DNA of 64,000 bases, from NCBI GenBank assembly GCA_944358895.1, contig CALVSB010000003.1, forward strand, positions 22,868 through 86,867, written 5' to 3'. This document shows, piece by piece, positions 15,512-23,880 of this stretch. This DNA is from an uncultured Bacilli bacterium (lineage in GTDB: Bacteria; Bacillota_I; Bacilli_A; RFN20; CAG-826). Each line of letters begins with the position of its first letter. Position 1 is the first letter of the stretch. A model generated the notes under the pieces. That model did no database searches. It saw only the letters and a list, made by a program, of their open reading frames with translations, and was not told the DNA's origin. Position numbers and translations under genes: made by a program.

Positions 15512-16894
15512 TTAATCATCAGCATCAACAATTTTCCAATAGCCAGCTTTGTTGGATCCGACTCTGACAATCAAGGACGACTTCCTGAATTTTTTCATTG
15601 CTTTCTGAACAGTCGACAGGGAAACATTGGCAACCTCCGAAATTTCATCTTGGGTCGACCTTGGATTTTCCCGAATCGCAAACAAAATCTTCATCTCGGT
15701 TTTGCTTAGCCGATCAGCAATCTTATCCATCTCATCCTTGAACGAGTGCTTCCAGTTGTAGGGAATCGTAACGACAATGCAGTCTTCGCCAATCTTAAAT
15801 GCCTTCCGGCCGAAATAAGAAACAATAAGCGGATTTCCTTTGCCGGTTCTTTCGCTTAGATGGGTGGCCAGAAAAATAGACGATAGTTCTTCATTGACGG
15901 GAACGCTCCGGCCGTTATAGAAGCCTTCGACCGTTTGGCTCGGGGCCAGGGACGAGAAGGATGTTATTTCGACGCGGTCGTCGAAGAACGTGATCATCGG
16001 GGCCGTCCGCCGGAGCCATGAGTTATGAATGAAGGCATTTTTCACTGCCTCGTTGAAACAATCTTGGTTGAAAAGAGGAACGTCCGTCCGGATGCCGGTA
16101 TGGACGTTCTCCACCGCTTTTGGCATGTTGATGGTGTCGGAGTAATCGATGATGCGGTCAATGACCGAAACAAGGCTTTGATTTCCAAATTCCTTAACCG
16201 AAAACAATTTGCTTGCCTTATCTGATCCCGAAAAGATGGCAACTCGAACGGGGATCTCGCCGTTATCTGCTAGAAAGCAGGCCAGCATGTTGTACTTGCC
16301 GTCCGGGCAAAACAAATGCATGTTCACCTTGAAAGTGGCGTCGTTGAAAAGAAGGCCTTTCCCAAGGTAATAGGTTTTGAGTTGGTTGAACGTGAGATCT
16401 TGGACGGGCGACTCGGTATTCACCATCGTCGGATAGCCCCGGAGCAAAACGTTCCAGAGGAGTCCTTCCCTTTCCGGATATTTCTCGAGGGAAGCGATGC
16501 TCGAGCCAATGCGCGAATACCTTATTTTGTTAAAGGCCGTCGGGACCGTTTTGGCGCTCGGAATAACCAAGGCGACCACACGTTTGCCATTCATGGTAAC
16601 TTCTTGGAAACGAAAGGCAATCGATGGCTTTAGATTTCGGGCCAAGTAGTTCTGAAGCGGTTCGCTTTTATAATGTCCAAACGGGTTTACGGATGTGCCT
16701 ACGACCTCATGCGTTTTATCGTCGATGCCCCAAACGAGGTAGCCGTAATCTTTGCCTACGATGGCCGCCGAGTTCGACAAAGCCGAAATGTAGTGGCCGA
16801 TTCTCTCTTCTTCGAACCAATCGACCTTAAATTCAAACCACTCCTCTTCGTCTGTTCTGCTGAGGAGGTCAGAAATTACATCAACCAAATTCAT
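15512..16894 (-). CDS. AlbA_2 (divergent AAA / Schlafen-type) domain protein with C-terminal winged-helix HTH; putative transcriptional regulator
   Basis: N-terminus: EEEWFEFKVDW..IGHYISALSNSAAIVGKDYGYLVWGIDDKTHEVVGT. C-terminus: LSKTEMKILFAIRENPRSTQDEISEVANVSLSTVQKAMKKF. The gene is AT-richer than its surroundings. Confidence 0.65.
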   Translation of the reverse strand: MNLVDVISDLLSRTDEEEWFEFKVDWFEEERIGHYISALSNSAAIVGKDYGYLVWGIDDKTHEVVGTSVNPFGHYKSEPLQNYLARNLKPSIAFRFQEVTMNGKRVVALVIPSAKTVPTAFNKIRYSRIGSSIASLEKYPEREGLLWNVLLRGYPTMVNTESPVQDLTFNQLKTYYLGKGLLFNDATFKVNMHLFCPDGKYNMLACFLADNGEIPVRVAIFSGSDKASKLFSVKEFGNQSLVSVIDRIIDYSDTINMPKAVENVHTGIRTDVPLFNQDCFNEAVKNAFIHNSWLRRTAPMITFFDDRVEITSFSSLAPSQTVEGFYNGRSVPVNEELSSIFLATHLSERTGKGNPLIVSYFGRKAFKIGEDCIVVTIPYNWKHSFKDEMDKIADRLSKTEMKILFAIRENPRSTQDEISEVANVSLSTVQKAMKKFRKSSLIVRVGSNKAGYWKIVDADD

Positions 16895-16944
16895 ACCATA
16901 CCGCCTACAAACATGATAAGAGAATAGTTATAGGATTGCCAGAA

Positions 16945-16992
16945 AAATTACGGGATAAATTACGGGATAAATTACGGGATAAATTACGGGAT
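16945..16992. repeat. Tandem array 1: four perfect head-to-tail copies of the 12-bp unit AAATTACGGGAT
   Basis: Read directly: units at 16945, 16957, 16969 and 16981. Array starts 51 nt upstream of the AlbA_2/wHTH gene start. Confidence 0.95.
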
Positions 16993-17070
16993 AAACATTC
17001 ATGGAATATTCGATGGATACTGAAGAATTATATATGGATGGTTACCAAGTTTAGAAAATTTAGAGCCGAA

Positions 17071-17118
17071 AAATTACGGGATAAATTACGGGATAAATTA
17101 CGGGATAAATTACGGGAT
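17071..17118. repeat. Tandem array 2: four perfect copies of the same 12-bp unit, same orientation
   Basis: Units at 17071, 17083, 17095 and 17107. Array starts are 126 bp apart, separated by a 78-bp AT-rich spacer. Confidence 0.95.
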
Positions 17119-17200
17119 AAAATTCCCCGCTTGTTTTTGGGATTTTGTCCCTTGCTGCCCCCCTGCTCTCTCAAAGGCAAATTGGACCGTCAAGGCATAG

Positions 17201-17230
17201 AAAAACGGGCCAGGCCTAGGGCCTAGCCCG
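17201..17230 (-). terminator. Intrinsic terminator ending the rimP-to-rbfA operon
   Basis: Minus strand CGGGCUAGGCC-cua-GGCCUGGCCCG (11 bp, one U-G; plus-strand 17206-17230) followed by UUUUU. Confidence 0.8.
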
Positions 17231-17243
17231 TCGAAAGACTGAG

Positions 17244-17627
17244 TCAGTCCTGCTTGTCGTTCTTTTCGCCGAGGGAGGCGAGATCGCTTTCCTCCTTTTT
17301 GAGCGCTTCTTCGAGGCTTTCGGCCACGTCGAAGCTCTCGTCGAGGACGAAGACGATGTCCGGGGCCTTGTAGACCCCGAGTTTCTTGCTCAGGCGGCTC
17401 CTCACCAGCCCCTTGAGGGAACAAAGTTCCTCGAAGTTCTGCTTCGGGTACTTGGCCCCGAGGAAGGAGACGTAGACCTTGGCGAGCGAATGGTCGGAGT
17501 TGACCCGCACCTCGTTCACCGAGACGAGCCCCACGTGGGGGTTCTTGATGTCCCGGAGGATGATTTCCGGGATGAGGCGGGCGATGAGGGAGGAAAGGCG
17601 GGCTCCGCTATTGGGATTCTTCTTCAC
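17244..17627 (-). CDS. rbfA: Ribosome-binding factor A
   Basis: RLSSLIARLIPEIILRDIKNPHVGLVSVNEVRVNSDHSLAKVYVSFLG. GTG start at 17627 overlaps the infB TGA (GTGA). Confidence 0.8.
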   Translation of the reverse strand: MKKNPNSGARLSSLIARLIPEIILRDIKNPHVGLVSVNEVRVNSDHSLAKVYVSFLGAKYPKQNFEELCSLKGLVRSRLSKKLGVYKAPDIVFVLDESFDVAESLEEALKKEESDLASLGEKNDKQD

Positions 17628-19489
17628 GCTTCCTCCTTCGCGACCATCTCGTAGCCTTCGACGATGTCGCCTTCCTTCACGTCGTTGTAGCCGGCGATCC
17701 GGAGGCCGCATTCATAGCCCTGGCGGACTTCCTTCACGTCGTCCTTGAAGCGCTTGAGCGATTCGAGGCTTCCTTCGTAGACGATGGCGCCGTTCCTAAG
17801 GAGGCGGACCTTTTCCCCGGCCTTGATCTCGCCCGAGGTGACGTAGGAACCGGCGACGGTCCCGACATGGGTGATCTTGTAGATGTGGCGCACTTCGGCC
17901 TGGCCGGTGACTTTCTCCACCACTTCGGCCTTGTACTTGCCCTTGATGGCATTCTTCATCTCGTCGAGCAGTTCGTAGATGATCCGGTGGAGCCGGATTT
18001 CGACGCCCTGCTCCTCGGCGAGGGTCTTGATCCGGGCATCCGGGCGGATGTTGAAGCCGTAGATGAGGGCATGGGAGGCGCTGGCCAGGAGGACGTCGTT
18101 GTCGGAGATGGCCCCGGCCGCGGCGCTGATGACCTTGACCCGGACCTTGTCCTCGCTCAGCTTCTCGAGGGAAGCCTTGAGGGCCTCGGCCGAACCGTCG
18201 GTATCGGCCTTGACGATGACGTTGATGTCCTCAACTTGCCCGGCCGTGACGAGGTTATTGAGGTCGGATAGCGACATGGCCGAGGTCTTCGAACGGGTCT
18301 TCTCGAGCTTTTCGAGGGCCCGCTTCTCGGCGATTTCCTTGGCTTGCCGCTCGGTCGGGAAGGCCATGAAGCGGTCGCCGGCCGCCGGGACCGAACTGAG
18401 GCCGGTGACGGCCACCGGGGTCGATGGCCCAGCCGTTTTCAAGACCTGGCCGTTTTCGTTGGTCATCCGCCGGATCTTGCCGTAGATATCGCCGACGACC
18501 ACGAAGTCGGCCGCGCTCAGGGTGCCGTTTTGGACGAGGAGGGTCGCCTTCGGGCCTTCGCCCTTGTCGAGGTTGGCCTCGAGGACCGTGCCGATGGCGT
18601 AGCGGTTCGGGTTGGCCTTGAGCTCCATCATCTCCGCCTTGAGGAGGATGGCGTCGAGGAGGTCGTCAAGCCCTTGCTTCGTCTTGGCGCTCACCTCGAC
18701 CATGATGACGTCGCCGCCGTAATCCTCGGCGATGACGTCGTGGGCCATGAGTTCTTCCTTGACCTTGCGGGAGTTGGCGCCCGGCTTGTCCATCTTGTTG
18801 ATGGCGACGATGATCTGGCTATTGGCCGCCTTCGCGTGGTCGATGGCCTCGATCGTCTGGGGCATGACGCCGTCGTCGGCCGCGACGACGAGGACGACGA
18901 TGTCGGTCACCGAAGCCCCGCGGGCCCGCATCGCCGTGAAGGCCGCGTGCCCCGGCGTGTCGATGATGGTGATCTTCTTGCCATTATGCTCTTTCTGGTA
19001 GGCGCCGATGGCCTGGGAGATGCCGCCGGCTTCCTTCCCGGCGACGTTGGAATGGCGGATGGCGTCGATGATCGAGGTCTTGCCGTGGTCGACGTGGCCC
19101 ATGACGGTGACGACCGGGGGCCGCTCGACGAGGGAAGAGGGATCGTCTTCGATCTCGATTTCCTCGAAGTGGGCCTCGTCCACCACCTTTTCCTTCTTGA
19201 AGTCGTAGCCGAACTCGAGGCAGATGGTCCCGATCATCTCGTCGTCGAGCACCTGGTTGATGGTGACGGCCTTCCCTTGGAGGAAGAGGAACTTGATGAT
19301 ATTGGGAACCGGGATGTTGATGGCTTCGCTCAGCTCGCCAACGGAAAGGGGCTTCGAGTAGATGAAAACGCCGCCGTTGACCTTGGCAAAGGTTTTCTTC
19401 TTTTCGCTCGGGGCATGCTCGACGTTGTTGATCCGCGCCTTCTGGGCTTGGTTCTTCTTCGAGAAATGGCGGTTGTTGTTCTTCTTCAT
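17624..19489 (-). CDS. infB: Translation initiation factor IF-2 (short-N-terminus form, 621 aa)
   Basis: [34 protein letters not shown], plus the C-terminal IF2 domains. Confidence 0.95.
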   Translation of the reverse strand: MKKNNNRHFSKKNQAQKARINNVEHAPSEKKKTFAKVNGGVFIYSKPLSVGELSEAINIPVPNIIKFLFLQGKAVTINQVLDDEMIGTICLEFGYDFKKEKVVDEAHFEEIEIEDDPSSLVERPPVVTVMGHVDHGKTSIIDAIRHSNVAGKEAGGISQAIGAYQKEHNGKKITIIDTPGHAAFTAMRARGASVTDIVVLVVAADDGVMPQTIEAIDHAKAANSQIIVAINKMDKPGANSRKVKEELMAHDVIAEDYGGDVIMVEVSAKTKQGLDDLLDAILLKAEMMELKANPNRYAIGTVLEANLDKGEGPKATLLVQNGTLSAADFVVVGDIYGKIRRMTNENGQVLKTAGPSTPVAVTGLSSVPAAGDRFMAFPTERQAKEIAEKRALEKLEKTRSKTSAMSLSDLNNLVTAGQVEDINVIVKADTDGSAEALKASLEKLSEDKVRVKVISAAAGAISDNDVLLASASHALIYGFNIRPDARIKTLAEEQGVEIRLHRIIYELLDEMKNAIKGKYKAEVVEKVTGQAEVRHIYKITHVGTVAGSYVTSGEIKAGEKVRLLRNGAIVYEGSLESLKRFKDDVKEVRQGYECGLRIAGYNDVKEGDIVEGYEMVAKEEA

Positions 19490-19782
19490 ACTTTCTCCTT
19501 CCCAAGGCCCTTGAGGGCCTTTTTGTCGGTAAGCAGGGCCAGCGAGACCTCGTCCCGCCCGAGGGCGTGGCCGAGTTCTTCCTTGCTATAGGGGGCCTCG
19601 TAGACGGGTATGCCGCGGCTTTCGGCCTTGGCAACCAGGCGTTTGGCCTCGCCGCTACTCGCGTCTTTGGCTTTGATGAGGAGGACCCCATGGCGGAATG
19701 AGGCCTCGATGCGGCTGCCGATCGTCAGCTTGTCGGCCCGGAAGAGGATGCCGAGGAAGCCGAGCTCACGCGCGTAGTCCAT
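19486..19782 (-). CDS. ylxQ: L7Ae-family RNA-binding protein YlxQ
   Basis: Conserved position between ylxR and infB. LGILFRADKLTIG..GVLLIKAKDAS pattern. ATGA overlap with infB. Confidence 0.7.
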   Translation of the reverse strand: MDYARELGFLGILFRADKLTIGSRIEASFRHGVLLIKAKDASSGEAKRLVAKAESRGIPVYEAPYSKEELGHALGRDEVSLALLTDKKALKGLGKEKV

Positions 19783-19999
19783 CTTTCTCCTCCTCGCTAA
19801 GTTCCCGGCGGAGGATCCGCCGGAAGGCCTTTTCGGCTTTGACGGGATCGCTCCCCTTCGAAAGGTAGTAGCCGCGGCCGGGTAGCCGCTGCTCCGGATC
19901 GTAGAGGAGCTTTCCCTCCTTCACCACGAAGCGGCGAAGCTCGGCCTTCGGGTAGCGTTTCCCGTCGGACACGTCCTTTCGAAAGGGTGTTTTCTCCAT
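19766..19999 (-). CDS. ylxR: YlxR/RnpM (DUF448) RNA-binding protein
   Basis: PKAELRRFVVKEGKLLYDPEQRLPGRGYYL. Conserved position after nusA. Confidence 0.75.
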   Translation of the reverse strand: MEKTPFRKDVSDGKRYPKAELRRFVVKEGKLLYDPEQRLPGRGYYLSKGSDPVKAEKAFRRILRRELSEEEKDGLRA

Positions 20000-20002
20000 T
20001 GG

Positions 20003-21817
20003 TTACTTCCCGTCGTCGTCGTAGTAGCTGTCGTACTGGTCGTAGTCGCTTTCGTCGATGTCGTCGTCGAGCGATTCCTCGCTCTCCTCGGCCTCGATCT
20101 CGGCGAGTTCTTCGTCGCTATAGATCGGAAGGACGTTGGCCGGCATCTCGCTCGGCTTGACGCGCTCGACTTCCTCTTCGGAAATGCGGCGCGGACGGCG
20201 CTTTTTCTCGCCGCCGCGGCGGATCGGCTCGTCTTTCTTCTCGGAAAGTTCCTTCTCGAGGTCCTCGAGGGTAGTCGTCGTCTTGACTTCGGTGTGGACA
20301 ACCGGCTTGGCCGGCTTTTCGACGGCCGGGGCGGCCGGGGTTTCCGCGGCCTTCGGGGCTTCTTCGGCCTTCGTTTCGACCGCCGGTTCGGCCTTCGGGG
20401 CCTCGGCCTTTTCTTCGGCCGGGGCGGCCGGGGTTTCCGCTGCCTTCGGGGCTTCTTCCGCCGGAACTTCCTCCGGCTTCTCTTCTTCGGCCTTCATCGT
20501 GGCCTTTTCGGCCGCGGCCTTGAGGGAAGAGGCAAGGTATTCGGCCTTGTCCTTCTCTTTCTTGGCCTTGGCGGCTTCTTCCTTGATCTCTTCGATCGGG
20601 GTGTAGACGAGGCCGTCTTCGGTCGCCTCGCTGAGCGGAACGATGTCGATGTCCCAGCCGGTGAGCTTCTTGGCCAGGCGGACGTTGGCCCCGCGGCGGC
20701 CGATGGCGAGCCGCGTGTCGCCGTCATTGACGATGACGGTCGCGACCGGGCGGGCATTCTCGTCGTCGCCCTCCCCTTCCATCGCGACGCCGAGGACCTG
20801 GGCCGGGCGGAGCGATTCGGCAATGTAAAGGGGCATGTAATCGCTATAGGCGATGATGTCGATCTTTTCTTTGTCCTTGCCGTTGCCGAGTTGTTGGACG
20901 ATTTTCTGGATGCGGCTCCCCTTGGGGCCGATGCAAGCGCCGGTCGGGTCGATGTCGTCGTCCTTGCTATAAACGGCGACCTTGCTGCGGATGCCGGCAT
21001 CCCGGGCAATGCCCTTGATGACGACGGTGCCGTCGTAAATTTCGTGGATTTCCTCTTCGAAGAGGCGCTTGAGGAAGCCGCTAGAGGCCCGGGTCACCTC
21101 GATCTGGGGCCCGCGGATGAGTTTGCCTTCCGGAGTGCGCTGCTCCTTGACTTCCTGAAGGTAGACCTTGATCGGGTCGCCGACCTTGAAAATCTCATCG
21201 CCGATCAGCTCCTTGGCCGTCAGTTCCACGACGGTGTGGCTGCCGATGTTGACGGAAACGCTCCGGTCGCCGGCCTTTTCGACCGTGCCGGTGAGCATCT
21301 CGCCGATATGGTCCTTGTACACTTCGTAAAGGGCGGTCTGCTCGGCCACCCGGATGTTGCTGCGAAGAGCGCTCTGGATGCCGTTGACCGTGATCTTGCG
21401 GAGGCTTTCGATCGGGCAATAGATCGGGAAACGGTCGCCCGGCTTGAGATTCTTGACGCTGCTTTCAACAAGGGTAAGGAGGTACTTGAGCTGATTGCGC
21501 TCGTCCTTGTCTTTGGTCTCGGCGATCTTCTCTTCGATGTCAGCGCGTTCCTCGTCGGCCGTGTCGATCGCGTCTTCGACGGTGATTTCGAGATAGTCAT
21601 CCTCGACTTCCTCGACGACGTCCTTGATCTGGGCAATCACGATGGTTCCGTGCTCCTCGTCGAGGGTGACGTCGACGACGGCGTCGTCGCCGCCGCCGAG
21701 GCTTCGTACGTAGCCGCGGGCGATGGCTTCCTTGATGGCGGCAAGGACGTTGTCGACTTCAATGCCTTTGCTTTCGGCGACCAGTTTGGCCGCGTTTAGG
21801 AATTCTTGGTAATTCAT
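20003..21817 (-). CDS. nusA: Transcription termination/antitermination factor NusA with ~200-aa low-complexity C-terminal extension
   Basis: N-terminal, S1 and KH region (GPKGSRIQKIVQQLG, IGRRGANVRLAKKLTGWDIDI), then an Ala/Glu/Lys/Pro-rich repeat and an acidic tail. Confidence 0.9.
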   Translation of the reverse strand: MNYQEFLNAAKLVAESKGIEVDNVLAAIKEAIARGYVRSLGGGDDAVVDVTLDEEHGTIVIAQIKDVVEEVEDDYLEITVEDAIDTADEERADIEEKIAETKDKDERNQLKYLLTLVESSVKNLKPGDRFPIYCPIESLRKITVNGIQSALRSNIRVAEQTALYEVYKDHIGEMLTGTVEKAGDRSVSVNIGSHTVVELTAKELIGDEIFKVGDPIKVYLQEVKEQRTPEGKLIRGPQIEVTRASSGFLKRLFEEEIHEIYDGTVVIKGIARDAGIRSKVAVYSKDDDIDPTGACIGPKGSRIQKIVQQLGNGKDKEKIDIIAYSDYMPLYIAESLRPAQVLGVAMEGEGDDENARPVATVIVNDGDTRLAIGRRGANVRLAKKLTGWDIDIVPLSEATEDGLVYTPIEEIKEEAAKAKKEKDKAEYLASSLKAAAEKATMKAEEEKPEEVPAEEAPKAAETPAAPAEEKAEAPKAEPAVETKAEEAPKAAETPAAPAVEKPAKPVVHTEVKTTTTLEDLEKELSEKKDEPIRRGGEKKRRPRRISEEEVERVKPSEMPANVLPIYSDEELAEIEAEESEESLDDDIDESDYDQYDSYYDDDGK

Positions 21818-21836
21818 CTTTCTATCCTCTTTAGAA

Positions 21837-22286
21837 TCAGACCGCGAGGTGGGCGCGATCGACGTAACGACGTTCCAATTCGACTTTCTTCTTTTTCCCT
21901 TTGATGACTAGAGCCAGCTTCACGCTTTCCCCGTCGGCATCCTCGAGGAGGCCAATCAATTCGTTTTCCCCTTCGAAGGGGTGGCTCAAGTGAAGATAGC
22001 ATTTCTTTCCGATGGCCCTTTCGAGCTTCTCGACGGGAATCGGCTTCTCGGCCCCAAGGGAGCTGACGTCCAACGTGTAAGGGCCATCGAAAGGATCGAT
22101 CGGATCGACGATGGCATCGACGAGGCCGCTGGCCTCTACGATGTTTTCGAGGGAAATGGGCTCCTCGCGATCGATGACGACCTCGAGGGTGGCGGGATTT
22201 TTCTTCAGGCAGAGCGAATAAAGCTCATAGCCTTTTTCCCGGAGGGCCGAAGCAAGTTTCGACCGCAGTTCTTCTTCCTTTTCGAT
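21837..22286 (-). CDS. rimP: Ribosome maturation factor RimP (non-canonical ATC start proposed)
   Basis: My translation upstream of the listed TTG-start ORF gives IEKEEELRSKLASALREKGYELYSLCLKKNPATLEVVIDREEPISLENIVEASGLVDAIVDPIDPFDGPYTLDVSSLGAEKP, a full RimP N-domain. AGGAGG at 22294-22299 lies 7 nt before the ATC at 22284-22286. Confidence 0.7.
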   Translation of the reverse strand: MEKEEELRSKLASALREKGYELYSLCLKKNPATLEVVIDREEPISLENIVEASGLVDAIVDPIDPFDGPYTLDVSSLGAEKPIPVEKLERAIGKKCYLHLSHPFEGENELIGLLEDADGESVKLALVIKGKKKKVELERRYVDRAHLAV

Positions 22287-22590
22287 AGCCTTTCCTCCTA
22301 AGAAAAGGCGGCCGCTTTCGCGGTCGCCTGACCTTTAAAAGCATGTAGCAGAGCCCTTCCGGGATCTTCTGCCGTCGTTATCTTAGCAACCGCCTGCCCA
22401 TCTTACAAGGGCCAAGCAACGCAAACACCGGCCGTTTTATCGAACCCTGCGATGAGAAAAACGTCGGTCGCTGCTTGAATATTTCTTCTTTGATTGGATA
22501 AACGCGCTTTCCAAAGCCCCTCTTTCCAAGGGGCAAGGCCGCCCAGGGGCACGGAAAGAGGGGGTTTCGCATACGGTGATTATGCCTGGT
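22287..22590 (-). promoter_or_regulatory. Long structured 5' leader of the rimP operon with terminator-like hairpin abutting the Shine-Dalgarno (candidate attenuator / rimP-leader-type element)
   Basis: Minus strand GGCGACCGC-GAAA-GCGGCCGCC (plus-strand 22307-22328) then UUUUCUU (22300-22306) then AGGAGG. Further upstream an 11-bp perfect inverted repeat CCCCTCTTTCC / GGAAAGAGGGG (22517-22527 / 22553-22563). Confidence 0.5.
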
Positions 22591-22623
22591 CGGCCCATTT
22601 GTAACTAACGTCAATGAATGGGT

Positions 22624-23880
22624 CTATCGATATGTGGACAGCCATCGCGGATCAACCGGGTTTTCCTTGATGAACTCCTCGAAGGCGGTCCTCAGGAGGT
22701 AAGGCTCGCGCCTGAGCCTCGCGGCAAGTTTGAGAAGGATGGGCCGATTGGCCACGAGGAACCTCCTCACGTTTGCGGAGATGGGAAGAAGAAGCTCGCC
22801 GAAGGGTTGCTTGGTCTGCCTCACGAAGTCGTCGCTGACATCGTTGCCGTTGAAGGTCATTCCGACGCCCAAGGAACCGGTATGGAGATAACCATCTGTC
22901 GCGGATTCGAGGGCGATGGCGTAATCTACCGCATAGTTGCCGTTGGCCATCCCGAGGGCAAGTTCGGCCCCAAGGGGCCCGGCAAGGAGGGTCGCGATGG
23001 CTCCCGGCCGCCGCCGGGGATGGAAGCGTAGGCAATCGAGGGAACGGATCGAGAGAAAGCCGACCGTACCTTCCTCCACCGTCTCGGAAACCAAGGCTTT
23101 CGCAGCAGCGGCCGCGGCTTTTTCAAGGAGGACGGCCTCGCTTTCCTTCTCATCATCGATTTTCGAACGAAGGCCATAGAAGGCTTCGACGAAATCGTCG
23201 ATGGTCACTTCCTTCCCACCTCTATCGACCGCGGCCATCACGGCTTCGTTGGCAAAGGAACGCGCCTTCGCGCAGGTCGAGACGAGGCCAAGGCCGGCCA
23301 GGTCTTTTTTGTTGAGGCCATCCCCTCCCGGGAGCCCCCGGGCGATCTTCAAAATGATCTCGGCCCCGGTCGAGCGGTCCGGGGGTTCGATGTTGAGGAA
23401 ATGGTCGACCCGCCCTTTGCGGTAGAAGCTTTCGGGAATGTCATCGAGGCTATCGGCCGTCATGATGAAATAGATCCCCCGCCCCGCGCTCGCGTCGAGA
23501 ATCCCCTGGATGGCCCCGATGTTCTCCTGTTCGTCGCTTTCGTCGCTGACCTTGTCGAAATCGTCGAGGAGAAGGCAAGAAGGGGCCGCGGCCGCGGCCT
23601 CCTCGACCGCTTGCTGCAGCTTTTCGATGTAGTCCTCCGACGGGCCAAGGACAAAGGAGGGGCGGAGGCTCGCTTTCATGAAAGCTTTCGCAAAGGCCGT
23701 CTTCCCGTTCCCCGGGGCCCCGTAGAGGAAGAGGCCGGAAGGGACTTTCGCCCCCAGTTCCGCCGCTTGTTTATCCTTTCCCATCGTGCAAAGGATGGCC
23801 TTCAGCTCCCGCTTGACCTCTTCGTAGCCGAGGAGATCGTCGAAGGCATGTTCGTAGTTGTCCATGTTTTCTCCTTTCAT
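22624..23880 (-). CDS. Soluble FtsH-like AAA+ protein with degenerate (zinc-site-less) M41-like C-terminal domain
   Basis: FDDLLGYEEVKRELK..GLFLYGAPGNGKTAFAKAF (Walker A), CLLLDDFD (Walker B with D for E), RKGRVD. The HEAGH-equivalent position reads AAAAK (EKAAAAAAKALVSE). No TM segment. ATGA overlap with the upstream gene. Confidence 0.65.
   Translation of the reverse strand: MKGENMDNYEHAFDDLLGYEEVKRELKAILCTMGKDKQAAELGAKVPSGLFLYGAPGNGKTAFAKAFMKASLRPSFVLGPSEDYIEKLQQAVEEAAAAAPSCLLLDDFDKVSDESDEQENIGAIQGILDASAGRGIYFIMTADSLDDIPESFYRKGRVDHFLNIEPPDRSTGAEIILKIARGLPGGDGLNKKDLAGLGLVSTCAKARSFANEAVMAAVDRGGKEVTIDDFVEAFYGLRSKIDDEKESEAVLLEKAAAAAAKALVSETVEEGTVGFLSIRSLDCLRFHPRRRPGAIATLLAGPLGAELALGMANGNYAVDYAIALESATDGYLHTGSLGVGMTFNGNDVSDDFVRQTKQPFGELLLPISANVRRFLVANRPILLKLAARLRREPYLLRTAFEEFIKENPVDPRWLSTYR

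Noticed and set aside
16945-17118. Possible CRISPR array.
   Set aside because: The repeat unit is only 12 bp and copies are contiguous with no spacers. There are only two blocks, and no cas genes are present.
16936-17226. 96-aa ORF encoding (KLRD)n.
   Set aside because: It is simply the translation of the two 12-bp tandem arrays. It has no Shine-Dalgarno and no coding signal outside the repeats.
22378-22614. 78-aa ORF in the rimP upstream region. A fragment (AUCCCGGAAGGGCUCUGC, AAAGGUCAGG) also faintly recalls SRP RNA domain IV.
   Set aside because: The ORF has no Shine-Dalgarno and overlaps the hairpins of the leader. The SRP-like words are in the wrong order and lack the GGAAGCAGC core. 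The region is treated as 5' UTR.
22577-22614. Promoter for the rimP operon (TTGACG at 22609-22614, CATAAT at 22579-22584, TTACAA at 22599-22604).
   Set aside because: The TTGACG-to-CATAAT spacer is 24 nt, and the alternatives give 14-16 nt spacers with weaker boxes. This is not reliable enough to call.
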